Counted from the first letter of the stretch, positions 18,178 to 29,130 are shown. The stretch: DNA of 64,000 nucleotides from Candidatus Micrarchaeia archaeon (GCA_049976845.1 JBMFHL010000001.1:3773-67772); one strand, 5' to 3'. A program made the numbers and translations. Notes: generated by a model from the sequence alone, not told the origin.

Positions 18178-19323
18178 CTAATTAAAATCTACAATCTGGG
18201 CAAAGCCCTTTAGGTATAAGTATATTCCTACATATATTGGAACGGTAGTTTCAGCGTTTTCGTAAGGGCCAAATGTCATGCCCTTCATCTCTATTGATGG
18301 GCTTTTCGAAACTTTTATCTTCAATTCGCCTTTATCAAAAGCTATGCATTCCTTCATCGGATCGAACCTATTCAGCTCAGAAAATGCGACTTTTTTTGCC
18401 ACTAATCCGGTATCGCCGTGTATTGTGTTTGGCAGCCTTATTGTATGTGTTATTCCGCTTGTGACATTCCTATCGATAAGATCACTCTGCATTATCACCT
18501 GCTTATTTATGATGCTCTCCCAAAAATCGCTTTTTTTCTTTATATAGACCATGTCCCAATTTCCATTTTTTATGCCAAGCTCGACTAGTGCGCGTTTTTT
18601 GTAGAGGTTCCTTGCTATTCTGCCCTCTATACCTATCTGCATCAGTGCATCAGGGCCATTTTCAAGTGCCTTGACAAAGCTACGCGCTATCCTTCCGCCC
18701 CAGCCAGGATCATCAAGCTTGGGCCCCAGAAGCACTCCTCTCTGCTTGCTTGTAGGGAAGAATTCTGAGAAATTTAGGCCTTTACCTGCTATGTAGTCTG
18801 TTATCTCCTTTCTTGCTTCAACGCTCAGCTTGAACACTTCGCTAGAAAGCACATGAATGTGATACCCTCTGTTACCGCTGAAATTGATTTCTATCTCTTT
18901 CTTAGAGAAGCCAAAATCTGGAACTAGAAAGTCTTCTACCAATTTCGTTGCTTCCTCTTTTGCAGTGCCTAGACATATTGGGCATACGACATTTTTGCCG
19001 TGAACTTTTTGGCACGGCAAATTCATATCGGTTATGTCTATATCGAAGACAAGCTCGGCCCCTGTAAGCTCCTTTCTTTCCATAGGCCTTGCGTCAGGAT
19101 ATTTGTAGAACGCCTGTGAATAGTGCACATGCATTGGCGCATTCGAAACAAGAAAATTCTTTAGTTCGGAGCCATTTTTGAATGATAAATGTCTTTGTGA
19201 TATTTTATTTTCAAAGTCGCCTACCGCAAATTCCCTGTGCGATACCTCTATAGGTGCCAGGTCATAAGCTTGCTTGTAGAATTCGCGGACATTGTCCAAT
19301 ATCATAGTTTTGGGTTCAAGCAT
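18178..19323 (-). CDS. priS: DNA primase small (catalytic) subunit PriS
   Basis: Catalytic motifs are present: LVFDIDITD (DxD), FSGNRGYHIHV, and a zinc motif CQKVHGKNVVCPIC. Confidence 0.85.
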   Translation of the reverse strand: MLEPKTMILDNVREFYKQAYDLAPIEVSHREFAVGDFENKISQRHLSFKNGSELKNFLVSNAPMHVHYSQAFYKYPDARPMERKELTGAELVFDIDITDMNLPCQKVHGKNVVCPICLGTAKEEATKLVEDFLVPDFGFSKKEIEINFSGNRGYHIHVLSSEVFKLSVEARKEITDYIAGKGLNFSEFFPTSKQRGVLLGPKLDDPGWGGRIARSFVKALENGPDALMQIGIEGRIARNLYKKRALVELGIKNGNWDMVYIKKKSDFWESIINKQVIMQSDLIDRNVTSGITHTIRLPNTIHGDTGLVAKKVAFSELNRFDPMKECIAFDKGELKIKVSKSPSIEMKGMTFGPYENAETTVPIYVGIYLYLKGFAQIVDFN

Positions 19324-19398
19324 TTACTCAGCCAGAATGTTAGACAATTATGATATGCCACGTTAAGGTTTTAAAGGGTAATCATTTAAAGTAGTTGC

Positions 19399-20010
19399 AT
19401 GCGAAATGGCAAGTTTGTAGTAGGCATAGACTTCGATGGCACATTGGCAAAAACTGTGGATTACAAGCTAGAGCGCTTGTTTCCCATGAAGAACCAGAAT
19501 GTGCTTATGCTTGAGAATGCACTATTTCTGATTACGGACCTGCTTGGCCTGGGCCAGCATTCCTCAAAAAAGATACTTAATGATATAGGAGATGAGGGCA
19601 TAGACAAAGGCTTAAAGGATCTAATACAAAGGCTCACTGCTTCAGGAAAAATTGAGTTTGTAGTTGTTACTGCAAATACTGAAATTGAACTTATAAGGTC
19701 TTTCCTTAAAAGGAATGGACTTGATATAGAAGTACTACACTCGAAAAGAGGAGGAAAGAACGGCTTTAAGTTCATCGACCTCGTTGTAGATGATGGTTTT
19801 AGGGAGATTAAAAAGAATGTTTTTTGGGAGGCTGAACATAATCTTATTTTTGGAAGCATTTTCAGAGGGATTGGATTGAAGGTTGCCTCCAATTCAGAGC
19901 AGCTTGAATCGATTATAAACAATGAAGCAAAAGCTTTGCTTTTGCAAGTTAAGAGGGCGGGCAGCAATGACCCTAGTAAAGTATCTATGCCTGCAAAGGT
20001 TAAAGCTTAA
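19399..20010 (+). CDS. HAD-superfamily-like hydrolase (function unknown)
   Basis: An N-terminal HAD motif I (VGIDFDGTL), a later VVVTA segment and a DLVVDDG segment are present. The assignment is weak. Confidence 0.4.
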   Translation: MRNGKFVVGIDFDGTLAKTVDYKLERLFPMKNQNVLMLENALFLITDLLGLGQHSSKKILNDIGDEGIDKGLKDLIQRLTASGKIEFVVVTANTEIELIRSFLKRNGLDIEVLHSKRGGKNGFKFIDLVVDDGFREIKKNVFWEAEHNLIFGSIFRGIGLKVASNSEQLESIINNEAKALLLQVKRAGSNDPSKVSMPAKVKA

Positions 20011-20034
20011 AAGATGTAATGCATAAAAATAGGT

Positions 20035-20391
20035 GTGGAAGAAATAAAGCAAGTTATAGTTGTAAGAAACGACATAGACATGGGCAAAGGCAAGCTTGCT
20101 GCACAAGTTGCTCATGCTTCGCTAATGAGTTATTTTGAGGCCGAGAAAGCTGATCCTGATGTTACCAAGAGGTGGCTAGAAGAAGGTGAAAAAAAGATTG
20201 TGCTTAAAGTAAATGATGAAACTTCGCTTAAGAAACTCTTTGAAGCTTTTAAATACAAGCATGTCCCATGTGCACTTGTCTCTGATGCAGGATTGACAGA
20301 ATTGCCTCCCGGCACTATAACCGCATTAGGTATAGGCCCATGGCTAAGTGCAGAGATAGACATTTTCACAAAGGCGCTTAAATTATTGTAG
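20035..20391 (+). CDS. pth2: Peptidyl-tRNA hydrolase, archaeal type (Pth2)
   Basis: The sequence is KQVIVVRNDIDMGKGKLAAQVAHASL...KIVLKV...ALVSDAGLTELPPGTITALGIGP. The start codon is GTG. Confidence 0.9.
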   Translation: MEEIKQVIVVRNDIDMGKGKLAAQVAHASLMSYFEAEKADPDVTKRWLEEGEKKIVLKVNDETSLKKLFEAFKYKHVPCALVSDAGLTELPPGTITALGIGPWLSAEIDIFTKALKLL

Positions 20392-20395
20392 CTGC

Positions 20396-21298
20396 TTACA
20401 CATATGTGAGCCAGTCTAGAAACTCCTTTTCCTCGCCATGAACTATTTTATAGTATTTGTCGCTTATTGCAGTAGTTATTGCTCCTGGGGTGCCGCTACC
20501 TATCACTTTAGAATCCACGCTTACTATAGGGGTGATTTCTGCCGCTGTGCCGGCAAAGAATGCCTCTTCGCAGGTATATAGCTCCTCCCTATGGATATTT
20601 CTCTCCTCTACTTTAATCCCCATTTTACTAGCAAAGCTTATCACAGAATCCCTTGTTATGCCAAGCAGTATGTCTGCATCTTTAGGTGGGGTTACCAGTT
20701 TGCCGTCTTCCACTACAAAGATATTTTCTGCAGCGCCTTCCGCAATGTAGCCAGAAGACGATGTCAGTATTGCTTCGTCTGCGCCACTATGCTTCGCTTC
20801 TATTGATGCGATTATGGAATTTATGTAATTTCCACTTGCCTTTGCTTCGGGGGGAAGTATCAGCGAATTTATCCTATGCCACGATGAAATCTTGCATTTT
20901 AATCCTTTATTTTTGTTTTTGAAATAACTACCGAAGGGTACTGCTGCTACCACTACGCTTATCTTTTTGCCTTCGATGTTGACGCCTATATTTGAATCGT
21001 TGTAGAATGCAAATGGCCTTATATAGGACTCCTCCAGCTTGTTCTTCTTTACTATTTCTTTTATTGCGCTTGCTATCTCTTCTTCACTGAATCCTAGGTT
21101 CATGTCATATATTTTTGCGGTCTTGAAAAACCTCTTTACATGATCTTTTAGCCTGAAAATAGCTGGTCCTTTTGGAGTTTTGTATGACCTTATGCCCTCA
21201 AATATGCCACTACCATACTGCAGAGAATGCGTGAGCACATGGACTTTTGCTTTTTCAAAATCAATAAATTCACTATCAAACCAGATATACTGCCCCAT
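20396..21298 (-). CDS. ilvE: Branched-chain amino acid aminotransferase
   Basis: Fold-type IV motifs are present: LQYGSGIFEGIRSY, PEAKASGNYINSI, EGAAENIFVV and GITRDSVI. Confidence 0.9.
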   Translation of the reverse strand: MGQYIWFDSEFIDFEKAKVHVLTHSLQYGSGIFEGIRSYKTPKGPAIFRLKDHVKRFFKTAKIYDMNLGFSEEEIASAIKEIVKKNKLEESYIRPFAFYNDSNIGVNIEGKKISVVVAAVPFGSYFKNKNKGLKCKISSWHRINSLILPPEAKASGNYINSIIASIEAKHSGADEAILTSSSGYIAEGAAENIFVVEDGKLVTPPKDADILLGITRDSVISFASKMGIKVEERNIHREELYTCEEAFFAGTAAEITPIVSVDSKVIGSGTPGAITTAISDKYYKIVHGEEKEFLDWLTYV

Positions 21299-21461
21299 AC
21301 CATCACTGCTATTAAAAGACAGTAAAGGTATTTATGCTTTTTTTATTTACTGCGCTCTTTTCTTGAGAGTTTACAATTACATGGAGGTCTTGCAGTGGCA
21401 AGAAAAGTGATACGTTGCTATGATTTTGCAAGTTGGCATGCCGAAGCCAAGGTCTAGCTAC

Positions 21462-21800
21462 TTATACGCTTACAACTGAGAGTTCTTTATAGGCAAACCT
21501 TGAAGGGTTTTGGGTTGCTGCATGGCGCAGCATTTCTATACCCTGCTTTGTCAGCGCCAGAGGCCTGTATTCCTCTCCCTTTTCAGCGAAGTCTATGGCA
21601 CCTTTTTTCTTCATTTTTTTAAGGTTATACCATATTGCGCTTTTTGAAAAACTGTGCTTTTCAAATATGTAATCTACGAACCTTGATGCAGAGGTTATGT
21701 TATCATACCCTATTTCCATTATTATGAGGAGTTCTTTTTCTGTTACCTCTGACATTGATATAGAATATTGTGTATACTCGTCACGTTTTATTGCACGCAT
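21462..21800 (-). CDS. Winged-helix DNA-binding protein (putative transcription regulator)
   Basis: The sequence SAIWYNLKKMKKKGAIDFAEKGEEYRPLALTKQG resembles a recognition helix plus wing. Confidence 0.45.
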   Translation of the reverse strand: MRAIKRDEYTQYSISMSEVTEKELLIIMEIGYDNITSASRFVDYIFEKHSFSKSAIWYNLKKMKKKGAIDFAEKGEEYRPLALTKQGIEMLRHAATQNPSRFAYKELSVVSV

Positions 21801-22001
21801 AAGACACCACCTGAGAAGTTATTTGCGCCTTATGCGGCAGACAAAGGATTATTGTATGTGCAGCTGCCGCTAACAAAAATAGCTGTGTATATCCACTTAA
21901 TTATAGCGGCAATTTGCTTCATCTTAAACACTAACTCTGATATTTTTTATGTAATGAATCATATTTAAATCTTTTCTACAAATCTTTTATGTTTGATTTT
22001 T

Positions 22002-22847
22002 ATGGATTTATACATTATAAGGATTATATTGCTTCTGTCATTTACGTTTGCATATGCATTCTTCGATGTATATAACAAAAGGAACATACCTAGCGGTTTT
22101 GCATATGCAAGCCTTGCTCTAGCTATCGTATTTACTTTGTTATACCCTGTAAGTATTATTGTTTATTCAATTTTAGTGGCTGCAGTTGTCGGGATTTTCT
22201 GCTATCTGCTATATAAAACGGGCATGCTGGGGGCAGGAGACGGTTTCGAACTAATATTTATTTCACTTTTGATACCAATTCAACCTATGCCTCTCATAAA
22301 TGTTGCTCAGCTGAATCTTCCCTTCATACTTTCTATTTTCATATCTACTGGTATAGTAACAGTAGTTGCTGTGCCTGTATACTATCTTATAACTGCTAAA
22401 GAGAGATTGCATCTCCAAAAGGAGAATCTGCTGAAAGCGCTGACAATTTTCTTTGCTTATCTGATACTTCTGCTTTTTATGATTTATCTTTTTGGCGTCA
22501 GGTTGCTTCCAATGGTTATTGTTCTATTGCTCGCATTTTTCTCTACCATTATAATACTTTTTGAAAGTTCCATAAATATTAGGATGATCGAATGGATCTA
22601 CCCAAAGAGTCTTGATGATGGGGACATTATTGCATTGAATCTAATGAGTGCGAGCGACCTTAGTTTTTTCAATAAGAATTACAAGGATTTTGGAAAATTA
22701 GCTACAGCAAGCAGAATAAAAGGCATTAGAAATCTGAAGCGGAAGATACCTGTATACAAAAATGCTGTTCCGTTCTCGCTTTTTATATTTATAGGGGTAT
22801 TGATTTCGCTTGCCATTGGCAATCCGCTGTTTGCAATTTTTCTATAG
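22002..22847 (+). CDS. A24-family prepilin/preflagellin peptidase-like membrane protein
   Basis: A polytopic protein with two Asp motifs at FlaK/PibD-like spacing (FFDVYNKRNIP and MLGAGDGFEL). The ORF opens at TTG 21993, and the first ATG is at 22002. Confidence 0.55.
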   Translation: MDLYIIRIILLLSFTFAYAFFDVYNKRNIPSGFAYASLALAIVFTLLYPVSIIVYSILVAAVVGIFCYLLYKTGMLGAGDGFELIFISLLIPIQPMPLINVAQLNLPFILSIFISTGIVTVVAVPVYYLITAKERLHLQKENLLKALTIFFAYLILLLFMIYLFGVRLLPMVIVLLLAFFSTIIILFESSINIRMIEWIYPKSLDDGDIIALNLMSASDLSFFNKNYKDFGKLATASRIKGIRNLKRKIPVYKNAVPFSLFIFIGVLISLAIGNPLFAIFL

Positions 22848-22909
22848 GCTTATAGAGGCTATTTAGGAACGTTTTTATACTTTAGATTTGCTAATTAAGT
22901 GGAGATAAT

Positions 22910-23569
22910 TTGAAATATGCAAGACCTTACGTAAAAAGGTACTGGATTTTTGAGCATAAAAAGGCGCTGGGCTTGTCTTTCATAGTTTTTGCGGTAGTTT
23001 ATAGCATAGGCCTCATGTTTACAACAATATTGAACTCGTTTTTCCTTGTTAATATAACCAACATATTCACTATGGCTTTGCTTCTCTTCATACTTGCAGC
23101 ACTTGTGATAATAGGAAGCCTCGTTAATGCACACAATAAAAGCACGCATATAATGAGCAAGGAGGAGCATGCGAAGCACTCAAAGCATGTAGGTATATTT
23201 TTCATACTTATGATACTTAGCTCGATTGGATTTTTGCTTCCGCTGATATTTGATGTTTATCCTGGATCGCTTCTGCTGTTATTCAGTGCAGGAGGGATTC
23301 TACTGCTTTTATATGCTTTCCTTATTTTAATATTCGATTACAAGTTTTATGAAATTGCAATTGCTTCTATATTTCTTTGGGCAATATTCATCTTCAGCGT
23401 ATTTTTTGTTGCTCCTATCTATTATTTGAATGCACCTTTGTTTGAAGCAATATCTCTACTTGTATCTTCAGTTACCCTTGTAACAGTCTTTGCCGTGTCA
23501 GGGATAGTGATGCTTCACAGTGCAGCAAATGAATTTTTGAATGATTTTAAAATTAGGAACAAGATATAG
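22910..23569 (+). CDS. Hypothetical polytopic membrane protein
   Basis: A 219-aa ORF with about 6 hydrophobic helices. The TTG start has GGAG 6 nt upstream. I recognise no family. Confidence 0.5.
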   Translation: MKYARPYVKRYWIFEHKKALGLSFIVFAVVYSIGLMFTTILNSFFLVNITNIFTMALLLFILAALVIIGSLVNAHNKSTHIMSKEEHAKHSKHVGIFFILMILSSIGFLLPLIFDVYPGSLLLLFSAGGILLLLYAFLILIFDYKFYEIAIASIFLWAIFIFSVFFVAPIYYLNAPLFEAISLLVSSVTLVTVFAVSGIVMLHSAANEFLNDFKIRNKI

Positions 23570-23572
23570 TAG

Positions 23573-24457
23573 CTAAGCATATATCTCTTCGATTAGCTCC
23601 TTTTCAGAGTATATGCTGCTCATTCTATCTTTGCTTATAGTGGGTATACCAAATATGCTGCCTCCGGATCTTGTGTTGCTTATTATGAATGGGAAGTTAA
23701 ATTCGAATTTCTCTGAAATCTCTTTTAGTACTTTTGCCCTTTTTAATAAGGTTTTTGTATTTGTTTCAAGACTTGCTTCATAATAATTATTCTTGCCTTT
23801 TGCAATCACATTAAATGGCATCTTTATTGTCTCTAAAGAGCTTATATTCATGTGAAAGAAGTATCTAGACGATTTTAATTTGCCTGAAAACTCTTCGGTT
23901 TCACGATTCTCGCTTACTGCACCACCCAAAGCCTTCTCTAGTTTTTCAAAAGTATTTGAAGATGCGTACTTATTGTACTTTTCGTATCTGTAAATGGTAT
24001 CTTTTGAAACCCCAACTTCATTTGCAAGGAATGAAATGCTTAATCCATTAAGGTGCCTAAAATATCTTATCTTGTTTCCGTCAATTGGGACTTTTGATCC
24101 GACCGATTTTGCGGCAATTGGCTGTACTAAATCTGAAATAAATCCTTCAAGCGAACCTAGTGATATACAATCCGTAAAAAAGCGCTTGTAGACTATGTTC
24201 TCTTTTAAATCGCCATTTTTTGATTTCTTCCCTATTATTATTGGCTTTGCGCCTATGAATTGGGCTATGTCTGAGAGCTGCTTAGCTGTTTCTTTTTCTA
24301 TAGTATCTATATTTTCCACTACTTTTATTATCAATTTCTTCCCCTTATTCTGCGCGATTATATCAGAGCATGTGTGCATGTTTTTAATTATAACTGTAAT
24401 ATAATCGCTTTTTTCTAGGATTTTTTCTGCGCCTTTTATCAAGTGCTCGCGCTCCAT
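23573..24457 (-). CDS. Archaeal HTH (XRE-type) transcriptional regulator, COG1395-like
   Basis: A central helix-turn-helix is present (IRYFRHLNGLSISFLANEVGVSKDTIYRYEKY). The length and flanking domains resemble the conserved archaeal family. Confidence 0.55.
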   Translation of the reverse strand: MEREHLIKGAEKILEKSDYITVIIKNMHTCSDIIAQNKGKKLIIKVVENIDTIEKETAKQLSDIAQFIGAKPIIIGKKSKNGDLKENIVYKRFFTDCISLGSLEGFISDLVQPIAAKSVGSKVPIDGNKIRYFRHLNGLSISFLANEVGVSKDTIYRYEKYNKYASSNTFEKLEKALGGAVSENRETEEFSGKLKSSRYFFHMNISSLETIKMPFNVIAKGKNNYYEASLETNTKTLLKRAKVLKEISEKFEFNFPFIISNTRSGGSIFGIPTISKDRMSSIYSEKELIEEIYA

Positions 24458-24547
24458 GATACTATTTACTCGGATAAAAATAAATCTCTTTCATTTTTGT
24501 GTTATGATTAAAAGGTGTATTAATAATTTTTATGCTATATCTATATT

Positions 24548-25876
24548 ATGCCATCAAAAATAAGCAAAAGCAGTATTGGTGTTGGCACCGCTGCAGCAGT
24601 GGGACTCGGAGCCATAATAGGCGCAGGGATTTTTGTGCTGAGTGGCACGGCCATAGCGATTGCCGGAGCAGGGGCATTGCTGGCGTTTATACTTGTAGGT
24701 ATTGTTGCCGTGCTTGTTGCTTTAGAACTTGGGGAGCTTGGAGCGGTAATGCCCAATAAAACTGGCGCTTCATATTCTTTTGTTTACGGGGCATTTGGCA
24801 GCGAACTTGGTTTTATGACAGGCATACTGCTCTATTTTAGCTATGCTACAAGCATCTCTGCCATTACACTTGGTTTCGGTTCGTATATGGGAAGCCTGCT
24901 TTCATTAAACAGCTCATTTGCAATTCCGCTCGCCATCGCACTGATATTTGTACTTGCTGTCATCAACATATTAGGCATAAAGAAAGCTGCAAAAATTGAC
25001 TCTGTGCTCGTATATATAAAAATTTCAATATTGCTTTTATTTGTATTCTTTGCGCTGCTGGTTGTTTCTGCTCATGGAGGGTTTAAACCTCAAAATTTTA
25101 CGCTGCAGGGCGGTAACAACGGCATTGCAGCAATATTTGCTGCGAGCGTTGCAATATTCTTTGCTTATTCTGGGTTTCAGTCCATATCTACTTTTACTTC
25201 AAAGGTAAAGGGAGGTGCCAGGGGTGCAGCAAAAGCAATACTGATTGCTACTTTAGTAAGTATAATCCTCTATGTTGCGGTTATTTTCGCGCTTATAGCG
25301 CTTGTTCCTGCATCATCATATAAAATAAATGCTGACCCTCTTTCTTTTGCGTTAGCAACTTCGCATGCTCCGAATTGGCTTTTTATACTGGTGGATATTG
25401 GAGCTGTGATTGCAACCACCTCAGCATCTCTCGCGATGCTGCTTAGCTCATCGCGCATTCTCTACCAAGTCAGCAAGGATAAGCTTCTTCCGAAAGTATT
25501 TAGGAGCTATGACAAACACAGGAATGTCGCAATAAATGGCGTAATCGTTTCTGCTGTTATAGCAGTTATCATGCTCTTCTCTGGAAATATTTATATTATT
25601 GCAGCAATAAGCAACTTTGGCCTTCTTTTTTCTTATTTGATGTCGAGCTTTGCATTAATTCATTTTAGAAGGAATGGGGTAAAGGCAAGCTTCACTTCTC
25701 CATATTATCCTTATTTGCCTGTCATCACAATATTCCTACTTCTGATATTTATTTTGGGAATGCCCAAAGAAGCGTTGACAATAGGGGTTGTACTTATAAT
25801 ACTTTTATTGACAGTCTATTACTTCCTTAGAGAAGCAACTAAGAAAGAGCCTGTTAAAGTCAGGCTATTTAAATAG
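24548..25876 (+). CDS. APC-superfamily amino acid permease
   Basis: A 442-aa protein with about 12 TM helices and the N-terminal GAIIGAGIFVLSG motif. Confidence 0.85.
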   Translation: MPSKISKSSIGVGTAAAVGLGAIIGAGIFVLSGTAIAIAGAGALLAFILVGIVAVLVALELGELGAVMPNKTGASYSFVYGAFGSELGFMTGILLYFSYATSISAITLGFGSYMGSLLSLNSSFAIPLAIALIFVLAVINILGIKKAAKIDSVLVYIKISILLLFVFFALLVVSAHGGFKPQNFTLQGGNNGIAAIFAASVAIFFAYSGFQSISTFTSKVKGGARGAAKAILIATLVSIILYVAVIFALIALVPASSYKINADPLSFALATSHAPNWLFILVDIGAVIATTSASLAMLLSSSRILYQVSKDKLLPKVFRSYDKHRNVAINGVIVSAVIAVIMLFSGNIYIIAAISNFGLLFSYLMSSFALIHFRRNGVKASFTSPYYPYLPVITIFLLLIFILGMPKEALTIGVVLIILLLTVYYFLREATKKEPVKVRLFK

Positions 25877-25883
25877 CGCAGGA

Positions 25884-26255
25884 TCAATATACCCTTGAAC
25901 CTAATTTTGCTTCTTGCTCTGTAGTAAGCAATACAATTTCGCCATTTTCATTTTCTACGCCGAGAACAAGAACTTCTGATTTAAATCCTGCTATAGATTT
26001 GGAGGGGAAGTTTGTTACGCATATCACTCGTTTGCCAATGAGAGACTCTTTCTTATATAATTTTGTTATTTGTGCACTCGAACTCTTGATACCTATCTCC
26101 TTTCCAAAATCTATTTTTAGTTTGTATGCGGGCTTTCTTGCCTCTGGAAAATCTTGCGCTTCGATTATTTCTCCTACACGCATTTCAACTTTTTCAAAAT
26201 CTGCATAGGATATTTCTCCCATAATGTTAATCACTTCATTGCTAAGTATATTCAT
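25884..26255 (-). CDS. csaA: tRNA-binding domain protein (CsaA/EMAP-type OB fold)
   Basis: The sequence is [32 protein letters not shown]...[24 protein letters not shown]. Confidence 0.85.
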   Translation of the reverse strand: MNILSNEVINIMGEISYADFEKVEMRVGEIIEAQDFPEARKPAYKLKIDFGKEIGIKSSSAQITKLYKKESLIGKRVICVTNFPSKSIAGFKSEVLVLGVENENGEIVLLTTEQEAKLGSRVY

Positions 26256-26404
26256 GTATTATCTTCTTATCTAAATTATTATTGCTTCTCTTATAAAGAT
26301 TTTTGCCATTAGCTTCTCCTCGTTTCAAATGGACAGGGAGGATCTGAAAATTAGAATTTCACTATATATCCATTTTCTATAGACGCATAGGCCCTGTTTG
26401 AATA

Positions 26405-27604
26405 TTAGTGTGTTGACCTCTTGGAGCTGCGCTTTTTGAAGAGTATTTTATAGCTTATTCCACTTGCAAGCTGGAATATACCTCCTATAAGCAAGGGCAT
26501 TGGCAATGAGAGATCCATCAAGTAGCCACTAGCCCCTGAGCTTAGCTGCGAAACCCTGCCTGCTATGCCCTGTACGCTTGTGGCTGTGCCATAGTCTTCA
26601 TTATTTATACCCCTCACGTTTACTGCGGTCCTGCTGGGGCTCCCAAAACCTGCGATTATTGCCCTTGCCACGTAAATCAACCCTGCAATTATCATTAATG
26701 GCGAAATTGCCATTGCAAAAAGCAATGCGCCGCCAATTATCCTAGAATTCGAAGCTGTGCCAAGCGCGGTGAACAGATGTGCGAAGCGCGATGATAGATA
26801 GGAACCCAGTGCAGTGGCAATATATACAATGCTGAAAAGTATTCCTATCTGAAGGGCACTTGCATTATACATCAACTTGAACCATAGAGGCAGTAAAGGC
26901 ATGAACACACCAACACCTATGCCACCAAGAGCGCTTGCTGTAACCACTTTTGCAGTGTAATTGAGGCTGCTCCTCTTCATGACCTTTGTGGTTTTCTTGG
27001 GTCTTTTAGCTTCGTTTAGGAGAAGTAGGAAGACGAATGACGCTGTGAGCATCAAAGCTGCTACCCCAAACATAAACCTGTATGCAAAGAGCATACCAAA
27101 CGCTTTGCCTATTGGTGTTACAAGACTAAACATTATACTGCCACCTATTGCAAATCCTGAAGCGGTTAGGGTTACAAGCGAATATTTCATGACACGGTCC
27201 CTTTCTTCTTTGTAATTGCTTGCTATGAATGCATTTGTGCCTGGAGAGAAGGCGCCGCGCATCCCTCCTGCACTGCCACCTAAACCACCTATGACCATGC
27301 CTATCACTATCGGTGCTACGCTTATGGAGAGTGCAATGATTACTGCGCCCGTTGTGGCGAAAAGTTCTGCAAGCAACAGCTCTTTTTTGAACCCGTATCT
27401 GTCTCCTATATAGCCAAGCAGAAGCGTCAGAAATACCATAAAAAGCATGGTAGCAGCAGCTATGAGGCCTATGTTTATTAATTTTACATTGAGTTCTGTC
27501 AAGTAAAGGGAAAACGCAAGGCTCATGTATATGAGTGCCATGCTCCTAAATGCCCTTGAATAAAGCAGGTATTTGAAAGTTCTGTCTATGCTAGTATCAA
27601 GCAT
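26405..27604 (-). CDS. MFS transporter
   Basis: A 399-aa protein with 12 predicted TM helices. A GDRYGFKK loop between TM2 and TM3 resembles the MFS signature. Confidence 0.75.
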   Translation of the reverse strand: MLDTSIDRTFKYLLYSRAFRSMALIYMSLAFSLYLTELNVKLINIGLIAAATMLFMVFLTLLLGYIGDRYGFKKELLLAELFATTGAVIIALSISVAPIVIGMVIGGLGGSAGGMRGAFSPGTNAFIASNYKEERDRVMKYSLVTLTASGFAIGGSIMFSLVTPIGKAFGMLFAYRFMFGVAALMLTASFVFLLLLNEAKRPKKTTKVMKRSSLNYTAKVVTASALGGIGVGVFMPLLPLWFKLMYNASALQIGILFSIVYIATALGSYLSSRFAHLFTALGTASNSRIIGGALLFAMAISPLMIIAGLIYVARAIIAGFGSPSRTAVNVRGINNEDYGTATSVQGIAGRVSQLSSGASGYLMDLSLPMPLLIGGIFQLASGISYKILFKKRSSKRSTH

Positions 27605-27825
27605 TTGCGCACCTTTGGAATAGAAGCTCTTTCTAAAATTAAGCCTCGTTGTTATTTATAATTTATCAAAACCAGGATATAGCGTGCTTCAATGTAATGC
27701 GCACTCTCTTAATTTTCAGGCGCAGTAGTAAGCTATGCAGTAATCTATTGTGGGAGTAATACTTAAAAAAAGCACGCTTAGTCCACTTGAAACTGTTGTT
27801 AGCGGCTTCTTCCTAAATAGGTAAA

Positions 27826-27900
27826 TGCTCCCGCCGGGATTTGAACCCGGGTTGCGGGGTTGAAAGCCCCACGTCCTTGGCCGGACTAGACGACAGGAGC
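27826..27900 (-). tRNA. tRNA-Glu (TTC)
   Basis: The reverse complement folds as follows: acceptor GCTCCTG/CGGGAGC, anticodon arm TGGGG-CTTTCAA-CCCCG, T arm CCGGG-TTCAAAT-CCCGG, discriminator A. Confidence 0.95.
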
Positions 27901-27907
27901 ACATGGT

Positions 27908-28507
27908 TTATATATATTTTCTGATTACATTTATAACCTTTTTATGCACAGCTTCTATGCTGCCCTCACCATTTATTTTCTCAAAGTTGTATTCCTTTGC
28001 CAGCTTTTTATACTCTTCCCTTACCTTGCTCAAAGAGTTTTCCTTTTCAAAAAGCTCAAAATTGAATCTCCCTGCAGATATTCTTTTAATGCTTGTCTCT
28101 GGAGAAACATCTATAAAGAAGGTTAGGTCTGGCATTAGGAATCTTCTGTTAATTTCGTAAAGCCACTTTGGATCAAGGCCAGAGGCTGTACCATATGCTA
28201 AAGAAGAAAAAAGATATCTGTCTGTTATTATTATAACACCATTTTTCAGTGCGGGTATTATTTGTGTTTTGAGGTGTTGGGCTCTGTCTGAAGCGAACAA
28301 GAGCTGAGTGGCTTCGCTCGATATTTTTAATTCCCCTGCAAGAGAGGATTTGATAATGCCGCCGATTATGCCTGTAGTCGGCTCCTTTGTTAATATGGTC
28401 TTTCTGCCCGCCTTCCTTAGATAAGTCTCCAACAGCATCGCTTGAGTTGAGTTGCCTGAGCCATCAAGGCCCTCAAATGCTACAAAAAGGCCTTTTGATT
28501 TTTGCAT
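27908..28507 (-). CDS. tmk: Thymidylate kinase
   Basis: A P-loop (FVAFEGLDGSGNSTQ) and a DRY motif (ITDRYLFSSLAY) are present. Confidence 0.9.
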   Translation of the reverse strand: MQKSKGLFVAFEGLDGSGNSTQAMLLETYLRKAGRKTILTKEPTTGIIGGIIKSSLAGELKISSEATQLLFASDRAQHLKTQIIPALKNGVIIITDRYLFSSLAYGTASGLDPKWLYEINRRFLMPDLTFFIDVSPETSIKRISAGRFNFELFEKENSLSKVREEYKKLAKEYNFEKINGEGSIEAVHKKVINVIRKYI

Positions 28508-28579
28508 GCCGTTACCTCAAAATAATTGTAGAGCAAATATATTTATTAGTGCTCAAAGAAAGTTATAGATGTGGTGGCA

Positions 28580-29119
28580 ATGATTCTTTCAGATTTTGAT
28601 TTGAAGAACTTGATAAAGGATAAAAGACTCATAGTGAAGCCATTCAACAGCGAAATAATAAGGGAAAATGGCATTGACCTGAGGCTTGCGAACGAGATAG
28701 CATATCATAATCCAATGCTTGGCGATGATTTCATAATAGATCCTTCAAATGCAAAGCATATAGAAAAAGAGTATGTGATAGAGAAGAGGAAAAAATATTT
28801 CATAGTAGAGCCCAAGCAGCAGATCCTGCTCTCAACAATCGAGTACTTGAAGATGCCTGATAACGTGATAGGATTTGTAGAGTTAAGGAGCACATGGGCA
28901 AGGCATGGCTTACTAATGCCCCCAACAATAATAGATGCAGGGTTTGAAGGTACGATTACTTTGGAGGTATTTAATGGATCGCCAAGCAGGATAAAGCTAG
29001 TGCCTAAAGTGAGGTTTGCCCACATAATCTTTGCAGTAACTATGAATAAAGTAAAGAATACTTACAAGGGTTCTTACAGCGGGCAGAAGGGTATATTCAG
29101 ACCTAAGGTCATTAGCTGA
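28580..29119 (+). CDS. dcd: dCTP deaminase / dUTPase-fold enzyme
   Basis: The sequence is MILSDFDLKNLI...NGIDLRL...GFVELRSTWARHGL...IDAGFEGTITLEV. I chose ATG 28580. An upstream GTG at 28571 is also in frame. Confidence 0.85.
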   Translation: MILSDFDLKNLIKDKRLIVKPFNSEIIRENGIDLRLANEIAYHNPMLGDDFIIDPSNAKHIEKEYVIEKRKKYFIVEPKQQILLSTIEYLKMPDNVIGFVELRSTWARHGLLMPPTIIDAGFEGTITLEVFNGSPSRIKLVPKVRFAHIIFAVTMNKVKNTYKGSYSGQKGIFRPKVIS

Positions 29120-29130
29120 CTATTTGCTAA